A stretch of 64,000 bases of DNA from Desulfobacteraceae bacterium UBA2174 (GTDB lineage: Bacteria > Desulfobacterota > Desulfobacteria > Desulfobacterales > UBA2174). Every line of letters begins with the position of its first letter. The stretch's first letter is position 1. Under the pieces are notes generated by a model, which did not search any database, was not told the origin of the DNA, and saw nothing but the letters and a program-made list of their open reading frames with translations. The translations under genes were made by a program, and so were the position numbers. The DNA lies in NCBI GenBank assembly GCA_002327445.1, contig DCWA01000023.1, forward strand, positions 71,132 through 135,131, given 5' to 3'. Below are positions 1 to 9,711 of the stretch, piece after piece.

Positions 1-1045
1 TTTCCGTGATCGTCAGATCCGGAGCCGGAGCGATGGCCGCCAGGTCCACTTCAGTGGCACCCAGTTTTTTGGAGATCGGCGCGACGCCGGCGGCGCTGCC
101 GCCGTCCATCACCAGGTTGATGAAGCTCTTGACCAGGCGGATCGATTCGGGATGGCGCATTATGAGCACATCGCTGCCGCCCAGCAGATAGCAAACGGCG
201 CCCACGGCTTCCATCAGAATGGCACGCTTCTCCGGATCGCCCAGGGTGGGCGCCTCGTCCACCGGCTGCTTGGCTTCCTTGCACTTCCAGATTTCATTGC
301 CCAGGTTGTTGATGATCGGCAGCTGCAGCTTGTCGTCGCCCTGCTGCAGGGCAGCCATGCGCAGCCGCTCCATCACCGAGTAGGAATATTCCATGCCGTA
401 GCCCAGGCCGCCGGTGGTGGGGTCGACGATGATCTTGTCCATCGAGACGCCGAGGTTTTCCAGCAGGATGTTGACCTGTTTGGCCAGGTTGACGTCGATG
501 GGGGAAGAGCTGATGATGGTGTGACCGTAAGCCATGACGCTGGCGCCGATGCCCTTGTGGTTCTTGTCCTCCACCGGGCCGAGCACCAGGTTCTTGCCGT
601 GGCAGGCCTCGCTGATGCGCTTGAGCACGGCCTCGTCCTTCTCCACGTTGGCCGTGGCCCAGATGATCAGGGGGACGTCGATGGCATCGAGGACTTTCCG
701 CACCGTCTCGGCACACTGGTCGGGGCTGGCGTCATCGCCGTTGGGATCGGCGCTCTTGAGCTGGAGAACGATCATTTCGGCGCCGTACTCGTCGACGCAC
801 TTCTTGGCCCAGGCCGCCGGATCGTTCAGCACGTCCTTGAACGGCTCCACAACGGCCTCGGGCCATTCGGTGGGGGCCATGTCCCAGATTTCCATGGCGA
901 CCCGGGGCTTCAGGGGCATCTTGCCCTCGAACTGGTAAAACGGGTAGCAGCTCTCACCGCCGACGGTGACCGCCTTGCTCCCCTGGCCGAGGGTAATCTG
1001 CTTGACCGTGCCGGCATAAGATTCTTTGTAAAATTCAAAGCCCAA
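1..1045 (-). CDS. cdhD: CO dehydrogenase/acetyl-CoA synthase corrinoid Fe-S protein small (delta) subunit, CdhD/AcsD family; 3' end runs off the window
   Basis: It is absent from the ORF track because it is open to the window edge and starts with TTG (1045..1043), 7 nt after AGGAGA. My reverse-strand translation reads MGFEFYKESYAGTVKQITLGQGSKAVTVGGESCYPFYQFEGKMPLKPRVAMEIWDM...IIVDPTTGGLGYGMEYSYSVMERLRMAAL..., with no stop down to position 1. The listed + ORF 152..1237 is its antisense shadow. Confidence 0.8.
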   Translation of the reverse strand, partial: MGFEFYKESYAGTVKQITLGQGSKAVTVGGESCYPFYQFEGKMPLKPRVAMEIWDMAPTEWPEAVVEPFKDVLNDPAAWAKKCVDEYGAEMIVLQLKSADPNGDDASPDQCAETVRKVLDAIDVPLIIWATANVEKDEAVLKRISEACHGKNLVLGPVEDKNHKGIGASVMAYGHTIISSSPIDVNLAKQVNILLENLGVSMDKIIVDPTTGGLGYGMEYSYSVMERLRMAALQQGDDKLQLPIINNLGNEIWKCKEAKQPVDEAPTLGDPEKRAILMEAVGAVCYLLGGSDVLIMRHPESIRLVKSFINLVMDGGSAAGVAPISKKLGATEVDLAAIAPAPDLTITE

Positions 1046-1380
1046 TTTCCGTCTCCTTTATGCGTGATATATGGGTTGGTGGTGATGGCCGACCACTTGC
1101 ACCTAGGCGGTTCGCAGGGCGGCCGGAAGACCGCGGGCGAGGGGTTGAGCGGGGATGCGCGCCTCCTTTCGTTAAAAATAAAAAACGATAATAAAGAGTT
1201 ATCAGGTCACCGGATACCGGCCGGTGATATATCCTAGACCGCGACAGGGCAGGTTTTGGCACAAGCGCTCATAAATCGAATGCTACCATTTATATTGGGA
1301 GATTTTCCTTGTCAATAGACGAGGAAAACTAAATTGCGAACGGTTCCTGAACCCCTCTCAGCCATCGCGGCGGCGTCGGC

Positions 1381-3255
1381 TCACCTGGGTTCGTCAAAGC
1401 GGCAGCTCAGGTGCACCATGTCCGCTTCGAAGGTGGTGCGCACCTTGTACGGCAGGCTGCGAAAGAGGCGGATCATCCCCTGGTTCTGGGGGTTGGTGTA
1501 GGCCACCAGCCCGGCGACCCCGTTCTCCCGGGCCGCATCCGCCAGGTGGCACATCATCAATTTTCCCAGACCCTTCCCCTGCCACTCGTGATCGACCGAA
1601 AAAGCCACTTCGGCCACATTCTTGGCCGGCAGGAGCAGGTACTCGGCCACGGCCACCACCCGGCCGAATCCGATTTCCCCCACCAGGGCGAGGAGGGTGA
1701 GGTCCTTGATGTAATCGATCTGGGAGACCTCCTCCACCTCGTCGCGCACGAAGGTGGTCTTCTCGTGGAAAAACCGAGCCACCACGTCCTCTTTGTTCAG
1801 GCTGTAGAAATGCTCCTGGATGCGACGCTCGTCCACCGGTTTGGCCGGCCGGATGGTGACGATCTGGCCGTCGATGTCGATCTGTTTCTCCAGCCGCACG
1901 GGGTAAACCCCCTGGAACGACTCGCTCAGGGTTCGCTCCGGACCGAGGATTCCCATTTTCTGGGCCCTGTGAAACAGCTCGCCGCGAAAGTCGGGGTGCG
2001 CGATGCTGATCATCGCCATGGCCCGTTCCTGGAGATTCTTGCCGAAAAGGTTCACCACCCCGTATTCGGTGACCACGTAGTGCACGTCCCCCCGGGGCAC
2101 GACCACCGCCGTGTCGTTCAGCATGGGGACGACACGGCTGCGCTGACCGCCGGCGGCGGTGGACGGCAGCATCAGAATCGACTTGCCCCCCTCGGCCCGG
2201 GCCGCTCCCCGGACGAAGTCGAGCATGCCGGTGACCCCGGTGAACATGTTGTTGTGTTGGGCGTCGGCGGCCGCCTGCCCGGTCAGGTCCACGGCCATGG
2301 CCACGTTCATCGACACCATCCGGAAGTGGCTGGCGATGACGGCCGGATCGCAGACATAGTCCGACGGCTGGAAATCGATGGAGGGGTTGTCATCGAGAAA
2401 CTCGTACAGGTCGGGGGTACCGATGGCGGCCGTGGCCACCAGGCGGCCCTCCTTGTTCCCCTTGAGACGGTTGGTGATCACGCCCTTGGAGACGAGGTGC
2501 ATCATGCCGTTGGTGATGTACTCGCTGTGCACCCCGAGGTCGTTCTTGTTTTCCAGTGCCAGGAGCAGGGCCTTGGTGGTGGCACCGGGGCTGACCTGGA
2601 TGGTGGAACCGTCATCGATGAGACGGGCGATGAGACGGCCGATGATGTTGGCCGCTTCCATCTCGGGGGGCGATTCCACGGTCAGCAAGGGTTCTTCGTA
2701 CTCGACGAAACGGTGCACGTCGTTGACGTGAATAAAGGTGCGCCCCAGGGTTCGCGGCATGCGGGGATTGACCTGGGCGATGACCAGGTCGGCGGTCTGG
2801 GCCGCCGCCAGGGTGATGTCCACCGAGACGCCGAGGCTCATCCAGCCGAAATCGTCCGGCGGCGAAACCTGGATCAGGGCCGCATGAAGCGGCATGCGCC
2901 GGCTCTTGAAGAGCATCGGGATCGAGGACAGGTTCATCGGCGTGATGAAACGCAGGTTGGGCGCGAGGCGCTTGGGTTTGGCCGAACCGAGGTAGAAGCT
3001 GCGGATGTTGAAGCTCTGGGTCTTGCTTTCACCCACCAGCCGGGTCAGGGGGGTGCTTTCCAGGGCGAGCAGCCGGACGATTTCCAGGTCGGTGAACCGC
3101 TCGGCCGATGCGGCCAGTGCCCGCACCAGGGCCTGGGGCTCGCCGCAGGAAGCGCCGATGAAGATGCGCTGCCCCGGACGCAGCAGCGCCACCGCCTCCT
3201 CGGCCGTGCATCGGTTTTCAGCGTAGTGGTCGGCCCAGTAACTGGTGGTGGCCAT
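1381..3255 (-). CDS. Acetyl-CoA hydrolase/transferase-family domain fused to a C-terminal Pat-type GNAT acetyltransferase domain
   Basis: ORF track, 624 aa. The N-terminal ~450 aa show the 4-hydroxybutyrate/acetyl-CoA transferase pattern (AEEAVALLRPGQRIFIGASCGEPQALVRAL, HSEYITNGMMHLVSKGVITN, VDLTGQ, LDFVRGA). The last ~160 aa are GNAT (IRPAKPVDERRIQEHFYSL..RFF, QIDY, HEWQGKGLGKLMM). Confidence 0.85.
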   Translation of the reverse strand: MATTSYWADHYAENRCTAEEAVALLRPGQRIFIGASCGEPQALVRALAASAERFTDLEIVRLLALESTPLTRLVGESKTQSFNIRSFYLGSAKPKRLAPNLRFITPMNLSSIPMLFKSRRMPLHAALIQVSPPDDFGWMSLGVSVDITLAAAQTADLVIAQVNPRMPRTLGRTFIHVNDVHRFVEYEEPLLTVESPPEMEAANIIGRLIARLIDDGSTIQVSPGATTKALLLALENKNDLGVHSEYITNGMMHLVSKGVITNRLKGNKEGRLVATAAIGTPDLYEFLDDNPSIDFQPSDYVCDPAVIASHFRMVSMNVAMAVDLTGQAAADAQHNNMFTGVTGMLDFVRGAARAEGGKSILMLPSTAAGGQRSRVVPMLNDTAVVVPRGDVHYVVTEYGVVNLFGKNLQERAMAMISIAHPDFRGELFHRAQKMGILGPERTLSESFQGVYPVRLEKQIDIDGQIVTIRPAKPVDERRIQEHFYSLNKEDVVARFFHEKTTFVRDEVEEVSQIDYIKDLTLLALVGEIGFGRVVAVAEYLLLPAKNVAEVAFSVDHEWQGKGLGKLMMCHLADAARENGVAGLVAYTNPQNQGMIRLFRSLPYKVRTTFEADMVHLSCRFDEPR

Positions 3256-3487
3256 GTGCCCTCCGGATCGAACCGCAGGTTGAAGGTAAGGCGCCGGATC
3301 GGCGCCGACGCGCCAGGCTCGGGAACGGCCGGGCGCTGCTGAAGGTCATACCCCATTGTCGGGTGTTTGATCAAGACGCGAGCAAGCCCGACCGGTGCGG
3401 CCCAGACATTCATTGACAGTCGGCCACGATCGGTGATATTAGAGAATTATTATTTGTTTCTAGCGAGTTGCGTTACGGCAAGGGTAA

Positions 3488-3901
3488 ATGGCGGACATCA
3501 TCTCCATCGACAACAAGCGCAAAGCGGTCCAGGACATCGAGGCGGCCCGACTCCACCATCGAAAACGTGTCGCGGTGCGCCAGACGGTCCAGTGCACCCA
3601 CTGCCGCCTCAAATGCGAAAAATGCGGTGCCCAACTGCGCACCAATCCGCCAAACCCGGCCGATCAACCCTCCTCGCTGCGCATCCCGTACCGTTTTTGC
3701 GAATTCTGCGCCCTGGACTACATCGACTACATCGAACGGCTCCAGGGCCGTGGCGATCCCCGCTGCTATTGGCAAAACGACGCCTGGCGGGATGCCTGGG
3801 GCCGCTGGATCAGCTACCAGGGCGCAGTGAGCAGTTTTGCCAAGACACCGGAATTCGCCCGGCTCCTCGTCGAGGTGCGCGAGGGGCCGCCGGAGGAATA
3901 A
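3488..3901 (+). CDS. Hypothetical small protein with three CxxC pairs
   Basis: ORF track, 137 aa, with a purine-rich AAGGGT just upstream of the ATG. It contains CTHC, CEKC and CEFC pairs. It lies 68 nt upstream of tatA on the same strand. No family recognised. Confidence 0.55.
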   Translation: MADIISIDNKRKAVQDIEAARLHHRKRVAVRQTVQCTHCRLKCEKCGAQLRTNPPNPADQPSSLRIPYRFCEFCALDYIDYIERLQGRGDPRCYWQNDAWRDAWGRWISYQGAVSSFAKTPEFARLLVEVREGPPEE

Positions 3902-3969
3902 TCTTCTCTGATGGGGGGGAGAAGGCCGATCAGCAAATCGATCGTCTCCCGATGGAAAGGAAAAATCGC

Positions 3970-4167
3970 ATGTTTGGCATTGGCATGCCCGAATTGATCA
4001 TCATCCTGGTCATCATCCTGATTATTTTCGGCGCCGGCAAGCTGCCGGAAATCGGCGCCGGGGTCGGCAAGGCCATCAAGAACTTCAAGAGCGCGTCCAA
4101 CGAACCGGAAAACGAACCGGAAAAACTCGACAAACCTGAAAACACGGACAAGAACCCCAAGGCTTGA
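3970..4167 (+). CDS. tatA: Twin-arginine translocase subunit TatA/E
   Basis: This is the internal ATG of ORF 3367..4167, in frame, with GGAAAGGA upstream. The 65-aa product [40 protein letters not shown]... is the canonical TatA TM helix, hinge and amphipathic helix. Confidence 0.9.
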   Translation: MFGIGMPELIIILVIILIIFGAGKLPEIGAGVGKAIKNFKSASNEPENEPEKLDKPENTDKNPKA

Positions 4168-4181
4168 TCCGAGCGCCAAGC

Positions 4182-4212
4182 CGCCACCGTTCAATTGGCG
4201 ACTCCTTTTTTT
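4182..4212 (+). terminator. Possible intrinsic terminator after tatA
   Basis: Short stem cgcca/tggcg with a 9-nt loop, followed by actcc and a T7 run. The stem is weak. Confidence 0.3.
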
Positions 4213-4284
4213 CCTGATAATTAAATTGGTTACATCTCTGCTGGCCCCAAACCACCCTCGCGGTGCAGGGGCCAAAGCGCGCCA

Positions 4285-4725
4285 TCAGAACGGTATGTCG
4301 TCATCCCCCGGCCCATTCTGGGCCGGCCCGCCGATGGGGCCATAGGTTTCCTCGAGATTCTGCGGCAGTGCGGCGTTGCCCCCCCCGCCGGCGTCCCGGC
4401 CGCCGAGGAACTGGACATCGTTGGCGACGATTTCCGTGGTGTAATGGGTCTGGCCGTCTTTTTCCCAACTGCGGGTCTGCAAGCGGCCGTCCACGTACAC
4501 CTGGCGCCCCTTGGCGAGATACTCGCCGCACAACTCGGCCAGCTTGCGGAACACCACGACCCGATGCCACTCGGTTCTTTCCTTCTTTTCGCCGGAAGTC
4601 TTGTCCTTCCACTCCACGCTCGTGGCCACCGAAAGATTGGTCACCGCGGTCCCGTCCGGGGTATAGCGGACCTCCGGGTCGCGGCCCAGTCGGCCGATGA
4701 TGATCACCCTGTTGACCCCTGCCAT
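4285..4725 (-). CDS. ssb: Single-stranded DNA-binding protein
   Basis: Internal start of ORF 4285..4854, with AGAGGAGG 7 nt upstream of the second ATG. The product begins [35 protein letters not shown], has a Gly-rich linker, and ends in the canonical acidic tail DDDIPF. Confidence 0.9.
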   Translation of the reverse strand: MAGVNRVIIIGRLGRDPEVRYTPDGTAVTNLSVATSVEWKDKTSGEKKERTEWHRVVVFRKLAELCGEYLAKGRQVYVDGRLQTRSWEKDGQTHYTTEIVANDVQFLGGRDAGGGGNAALPQNLEETYGPIGGPAQNGPGDDDIPF

Positions 4726-4850
4726 ATGCATGCCTCCTCTGGTGGCGCTCGCTGCCGTTCCAGCCCGAACGGCGGTTGGGAAAAAGTATCGGGGCGGCCG
4801 TCGCCCCGGTGCCGACAACGGCACAGGCATATCGGAATCGCCTGCCGGTG

Positions 4851-5861
4851 TCAATCGCGGGGGGCTTGTTCCGATGCCGCCGGGGAGGCGAAAAAATCGT
4901 CGATGACGGCCAGGGCCTCCGCCTCGCGCTCAAGGCGCTTGATGGCCTCCCGGAAGCGGCTGCCATGTCGCAGCCCCCGCACGAACCACCCCAGGCGACC
5001 GCGCAGAAGACGGCATCCGGCCGTTTCACCGTATTCCGCCACCGTGGCCTTCGCATAGCGGTGCATGGCCAGGCGCCGTTCGGCCAGAGAGACCTCCCGG
5101 AAGGTCCCCGTGGTCCAGAGCGCCTCGATCTGCCCGAAGATCCAGGGGTTGCCGATGGCGGCGCGGCCGATCATCACCGCCGCGCACCCGGTTTCCTGCC
5201 GCATTCGCACGGCATCCGCCGGGGCGGCGATGTCCCCGTTGCCGATGACCGGAATACGGACACGCTCCCGGATCCGCCCGATCAGGGACCAGTCGGCCCG
5301 GCCGGAAAATCCCTGGCCGGCGGTGCGCGGGTGAACCGCCACCGCGTCCACCCCGCAAGCTTCCGCGATGGCGGCGATCTCCAAGGCCTGTTCACCGGAA
5401 GCGGTCCAACCGCTGCGCATCTTGACCGTGAGGGGAATCGACACGGCGCGGCGCACCGCCTTCAGCACGGCCTCGGCCCGCCGGGGATCACGCATCAGGT
5501 CCACCCCGGCTCCGGTCTTGACCACCTTGCGCACGCTGCAGCCGAAGTTGATGTCCAGGACATCGGCCCCGGCCGCCGCCACCATCCGGGCCGCATCGGC
5601 GATCACGGAAGGGTCGGCCCCGAAGATCTGGATGCTCAGGGGCTGCTCGGCCGGTGCACTGCGGAGCATGGCCGCCGTTTTCACCGAACCATGAACCAGG
5701 CCGTTGGCGCTGACCATCTCCGAGCAGACCAGACCGGCCCCGCCCTCCTTGGCCAGCAGTCGCATCGGCAAGTTGGTGATCCCGGCCAGAGGCGCCAGGA
5801 CGGTGCCGTTGGACAGGCCCAAGGCACCGATGGAGAAAGACGCGGCGAATTCGGGACCCAT
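4851..5861 (-). CDS. dus: tRNA-dihydrouridine synthase (Dus family)
   Basis: Internal ATG of ORF 4851..5975, placed 3 nt after the stop of the upstream gene. Motifs: [53 protein letters not shown]. Confidence 0.85.
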   Translation of the reverse strand: MGPEFAASFSIGALGLSNGTVLAPLAGITNLPMRLLAKEGGAGLVCSEMVSANGLVHGSVKTAAMLRSAPAEQPLSIQIFGADPSVIADAARMVAAAGADVLDINFGCSVRKVVKTGAGVDLMRDPRRAEAVLKAVRRAVSIPLTVKMRSGWTASGEQALEIAAIAEACGVDAVAVHPRTAGQGFSGRADWSLIGRIRERVRIPVIGNGDIAAPADAVRMRQETGCAAVMIGRAAIGNPWIFGQIEALWTTGTFREVSLAERRLAMHRYAKATVAEYGETAGCRLLRGRLGWFVRGLRHGSRFREAIKRLEREAEALAVIDDFFASPAASEQAPRD

Positions 5862-5863
5862 GT

Positions 5864-6751
5864 TCACGGCCTCGAGTCGGAAGGTCCCGCCGGACGGGCG
5901 TAGCAAAAGAGGCAGTTGTGGTGGCAGGGGTGCAGGGCGTAGGAACCGATGTCCACCGACACCCGGCAGCGGCATCCGGCCCGGCGCCGCTGGCCCGCAT
6001 CCCCCCGCAGGGACAGCCGGCCACCGAACAGCGCCATGAGGCGGTCGCTGGGGATGCAGGCCCCGGGCCGGACGGGGGAATCAGGCGGCAGATGGGCCAA
6101 GACCTCGGATTCGCAGCAGGTTTCCAGGCAGATGCCCCGCCGGGCGAGGGTTGCGGCCATCGTCTCGAGGATGGCGGCTTTTTCGTCCATGGTCGGCGAT
6201 TCGAACCGGATCCCGGCCCTTTCGGCCCGCCGGCACACCTTGGGGTAAAGGTCCACGAAGCTGGTGACGCAGCGTCGGATGCCCGCGGCGGCCGCCGCGT
6301 CGGCGATGCGTTCGAGATCGCCGCGATTGTCGTGCCTGCGGCCGTCGGCCGTCCGATAATGGCAGATCGGGTCGAAACGCCAGTGAATCGCCGCCGGGGA
6401 AAAACGGCGCCCCAGTTCGGCGAGCTGGTCCAGGCGCTCCTGAAGCGCCGGCACCCGCGGCTCGAGAACCCGATCCTGGCTGTTGACGGTGAAGTTGAAG
6501 AACAGATGAAAACCCTGCCGCTGGAGGTCCTCTCCGACCCGGCGGCGCAGAAAGGGACCGAAATCCTTGGACCAGAAGACGATGGTGTGGACCGCAGCCA
6601 CGGTGGCCGGTACTTGGCGGGGCTGACGCTGGTAGGGCCCCAGCACTTCGAAGCGGCCGCGTCGGATCCCCTCCAGGAACCAATCCAGGTAGAAGGCCGG
6701 GATGTCGGTGCGCCGCGAGGCCGAAAGGACGCACCGGAGCGGAGCGGTCAT
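5864..6751 (-). CDS. DUF1848-family protein with C-terminal CX3CX2C cysteine cluster
   Basis: ORF track, 295 aa. The N-terminus SASRRTDIPAFYLDWF and the C-terminus HPCHHNCLFCYA match my recollection of DUF1848. Its ATGA start overlaps the stop of the upstream ORF (6748..6751). Confidence 0.75.
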   Translation of the reverse strand: MTAPLRCVLSASRRTDIPAFYLDWFLEGIRRGRFEVLGPYQRQPRQVPATVAAVHTIVFWSKDFGPFLRRRVGEDLQRQGFHLFFNFTVNSQDRVLEPRVPALQERLDQLAELGRRFSPAAIHWRFDPICHYRTADGRRHDNRGDLERIADAAAAAGIRRCVTSFVDLYPKVCRRAERAGIRFESPTMDEKAAILETMAATLARRGICLETCCESEVLAHLPPDSPVRPGACIPSDRLMALFGGRLSLRGDAGQRRRAGCRCRVSVDIGSYALHPCHHNCLFCYARPAGPSDSRP

Positions 6752-7080
6752 TTTTTCTTGAGATCGGCGAGGCTGATCACCTTGGCATCGGAAGTCTTCT
6801 TGGCGGATTGGGGGCCGGGCGCCGGATCGGCCGGGGCTTCCGGCTGGGCCGGGGCCGTGATCCGCTCCAGGCGCATCCGCTTGCCGTTCATGGTGAACGG
6901 TTCGCCTTCGATGTAGGCGTCGCGCAGGATCCAGGTGACCAGCTGCACCGGTACTTGGAGCATCAGCAGCCGCACGTGATACCAGCCGGGCTTGTGGTCA
7001 GCCAGGATCTCTTCGATCCGGGCGAACACCAGGGGTTTGTCCTCGTAGTGAATCAGGACGATGTCGTTGATGGCGGTCAT
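6748..7080 (-). CDS. Hypothetical protein, first gene of the DUF1848-dus-ssb string
   Basis: ORF track, 110 aa. It has coding-like composition in the N-terminal 75 aa and a Pro/Ala/Lys-rich tail. It has a 4-nt overlap with the downstream gene. No family recognised. Confidence 0.55.
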   Translation of the reverse strand: MTAINDIVLIHYEDKPLVFARIEEILADHKPGWYHVRLLMLQVPVQLVTWILRDAYIEGEPFTMNGKRMRLERITAPAQPEAPADPAPGPQSAKKTSDAKVISLADLKKK

Positions 7081-7252
7081 GGCCGGAGCGCTTGGAAGGT
7101 GAACGAAAACGGAGGCATGGGCTCAATCCAGGCCATCCACGGCGCCGGATGCGACAGCGCGTCGAAAATTTATGCCACAGCGGCAGCCGCCTGTAAAGCC
7201 CCGCACCCCTTCGGCCCCAGCCGGCGCCACCGGGTCATTCCCCCCGCGCCGG

Positions 7253-7281
7253 TTGAATCCGCCGGGCGGGTGATGTATCGT
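7253..7281 (+). promoter_or_regulatory. Candidate sigma70-type promoter for hisC
   Basis: TTGAAT-N17-TATCGT, about 50 nt upstream of the hisC ATG. Confidence 0.3.
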
Positions 7282-7333
7282 AGCCGGACGCGTTCAACCG
7301 CCATCTCCCGCAAGGGTTTCGGAAAGGCACCCC

Positions 7334-8398
7334 ATGTTCACCCACCGGTTTCGCCAACTGGCGCCCTATGTCCCCGGGGAGCAGCCCGGGGACCGGCAGT
7401 ATCTGAAGCTCAACACCAACGAATGCCCTTATCCGCCGGCGCCGTCCATCGCGGCGCTGTTGCACCGCTTCGACCCGTCACGCCTGCGGCTGTACCCGGA
7501 TCCGACCATGGAGCGCCTCCGCGAAGCCATCGCGAACCGCCACGGCCTCCGCTTGGAGCAAATTTTCACCGGCAACGGCTCCGACGAAGTCCTCTCCTTC
7601 TGCTTCTACGCCTTTTTCGGAGCGGACCTGGGGACCTTGCGGTTTCCGGCCTTCACCTACAGCTTCTATCCGGTCTACTGCGACTTCTATGAGATCCCCT
7701 ATGAAAAAGTGCCGCTGACCGAGGCCTTCGAGGTGGACCTGGACGCTCTCCGCGGTCCCGGACCGGCCGCTTCGGGGATCATCTTCGCCAACCCCAACGC
7801 GCCCACCGGCCATTTCTGGCCGCCGGAGCGCATCGCCGAGATGCTGAAACGGTTTCGTTCCGACCGGGTGGTGGTGGTGGATGAAGCCTACGTGGATTTC
7901 GGCGGGGAGAGTGTGCTGCCGCTGCTGGACGCCCATCCCAATCTGCTGATCGTGCGGACCATGTCGAAAAGCCTGGCCCTGGCCGGTTTGCGCATCGGCT
8001 ACGCCCTGGGGAATCCCGACCTGATCAAGGCCCTGTTTGCCGTCAAGGACGGGTTCAACTCGTATCCGCTGGACACCCTGGCCCAGGAAATCGGAACCCT
8101 GGCCGTTGCCGAAGAAGCCTACTACCGGGACATTGCGGACCGCATCGCCGCCACCCGGACGCGCTTCGCCGCTTCGCTGGCCGAGCGGGGTTGGCAGGTG
8201 CTCCCGTCCCGGGCCAACTTCGTGTTCGCGCGCCGCCCGGGCGTGGACGGTCAGGCGGTGTATCGCACGCTCAAGGCCGAGGGCATCCTCGTGAGGCATT
8301 TCAACCCGCCGGAGATTGCCGACTTCGTGCGCATCACCATCGGTACCGATCCTCAGATGGACCGGCTTCTGGATACCGTCAGCCGCCTTTGGCCCTGA
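7334..8398 (+). CDS. hisC: Histidinol-phosphate aminotransferase
   Basis: ORF track, 354 aa. Motifs: LAPYVPGEQP...KLNTNECPYPP, VVVVDEAYVDF, IVRTMSKSLALAGLRIGY (the PLP lysine motif). Confidence 0.9.
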   Translation: MFTHRFRQLAPYVPGEQPGDRQYLKLNTNECPYPPAPSIAALLHRFDPSRLRLYPDPTMERLREAIANRHGLRLEQIFTGNGSDEVLSFCFYAFFGADLGTLRFPAFTYSFYPVYCDFYEIPYEKVPLTEAFEVDLDALRGPGPAASGIIFANPNAPTGHFWPPERIAEMLKRFRSDRVVVVDEAYVDFGGESVLPLLDAHPNLLIVRTMSKSLALAGLRIGYALGNPDLIKALFAVKDGFNSYPLDTLAQEIGTLAVAEEAYYRDIADRIAATRTRFAASLAERGWQVLPSRANFVFARRPGVDGQAVYRTLKAEGILVRHFNPPEIADFVRITIGTDPQMDRLLDTVSRLWP

Positions 8399-8420
8399 TG
8401 ACCTCCGGAACACGGTCGGT

Positions 8421-8681
8421 TCAGCGTTCGTTCACCGCCAAGCAGTAATCCTCGGCCGGGGAAATACTGTGCCCCGAGGAAATTCCGCCGGCCAGGGTCA
8501 TCTGGATCTGCGCCAGCAGATCACATTCCTGGCAGCAATCCGGCAGCAGCGAACGCATTTCACAGCACCGGCACGGGCTCTGGATCAGCGTTCCAATCTC
8601 GAAGTCGAAAGCGGTGCCGTTGGAAACAGACCGGTCGGCCTTGACCTGCACGGCGGTTTTGCGGAGCTTGACCTGTTTCAT
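8421..8681 (-). CDS. Hypothetical small cysteine-rich protein
   Basis: Internal ATG of ORF 8421..8792, with GAAAGG upstream. The 86-aa product MKQVKLRKTAVQVKADRS... contains CRCC-x9-CCQEC. No family recognised. Confidence 0.45.
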   Translation of the reverse strand: MKQVKLRKTAVQVKADRSVSNGTAFDFEIGTLIQSPCRCCEMRSLLPDCCQECDLLAQIQMTLAGGISSGHSISPAEDYCLAVNER

Positions 8682-8910
8682 CGATCCAGCCTTTCGTTGG
8701 GGACCGCAAGGTCGTGGTTCAGCAGGAAGTTGCCATGGTCCGGATCTGACTGGTGAACTGCTTTTAGATTTTAAGCAATATTTGTACCACAATAATCAGG
8801 CAATTTTCTCCAGAACCCGATCCCCCCTGAATCACAAAGGATTGCCTTAACTCCAAACTGCCCCGGGTTCGATTCAAGACGTTTTGTGTCAAATTGGCTG
8901 ACAATTCCTG

Positions 8911-9711
8911 TCATTTGAGACGATGCAGGTAAGACAGGATTGTATCAAGACGATCCGGATGGGTCGCAATCAGGTGATCCATGATCTTGCGTCCATCCAG
9001 GTGGTCTCCCACGTGAAAAGGGGCGCCGCGCATGGTGAAGATTCTGCCGCCGGCCGCCTCGAGAATCACGGCTGCCGCCGCCAGATCCTTGAAGGATTCG
9101 TTGGTGACCACGGCGGCATCGGCACGGCCCATGGCCACGTAGCAGAGGTGGGCCGCCGTGCAGCCAAGGTTCCGGATCTTGCCGGGAAAATCGGTCCGAT
9201 AATGACAGTGAAAACGCGAGAAGGTCAGAATCAGGCGTTCCTCGTCGACAGCCCGGCCGCTTTCGACGGTCAAGGGATGGGATCCGAGAAAGGCTTGACC
9301 GCCGGCCCTGGCATGGAAGAGGTCCCCGGTGGCCGGCATGAAGATCATCCCGAGCAGCGGCCAGTAATTTTCCATCAGGCCCAGGGACATGGCCCAGACG
9401 GGAATGCCGGCCTGGAAGTTGTCCAGCCCGTCGACGGGATCGAAGATCCACAGGTAGCGCTTCTGTTCGTGGGTGTACCCTTCCTGCCGGTCGTCACCAT
9501 CGAACACCTGGTGGGCCGGGAAGGTTTCCCGAAGGGAGGTCTGAAAGCAGGAGGCCAAATCGAGTTCAGCCTCCGTGACCAGGTCCTCGTCAAAACGTTC
9601 ATGCGGCTTGACGCCGCGATAATGCTTCAACGCCTGTTGGCCGCATCGCGACAGGATCTGGCGCCCGAAGTCCTCCAGATGTTCGATCTTCGGCTCCCCC
9701 TTATCTTCCAT
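8911..9711 (-). CDS. Inositol monophosphatase family protein
   Basis: ORF track, 266 aa, with CAGGAGGG upstream. The IMPase metal-binding motif reads WIFDPVDGLDNF, and there is a C-terminal WD-like segment AAAAVILEAAGG. Confidence 0.85.
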   Translation of the reverse strand: MEDKGEPKIEHLEDFGRQILSRCGQQALKHYRGVKPHERFDEDLVTEAELDLASCFQTSLRETFPAHQVFDGDDRQEGYTHEQKRYLWIFDPVDGLDNFQAGIPVWAMSLGLMENYWPLLGMIFMPATGDLFHARAGGQAFLGSHPLTVESGRAVDEERLILTFSRFHCHYRTDFPGKIRNLGCTAAHLCYVAMGRADAAVVTNESFKDLAAAAVILEAAGGRIFTMRGAPFHVGDHLDGRKIMDHLIATHPDRLDTILSYLHRLK

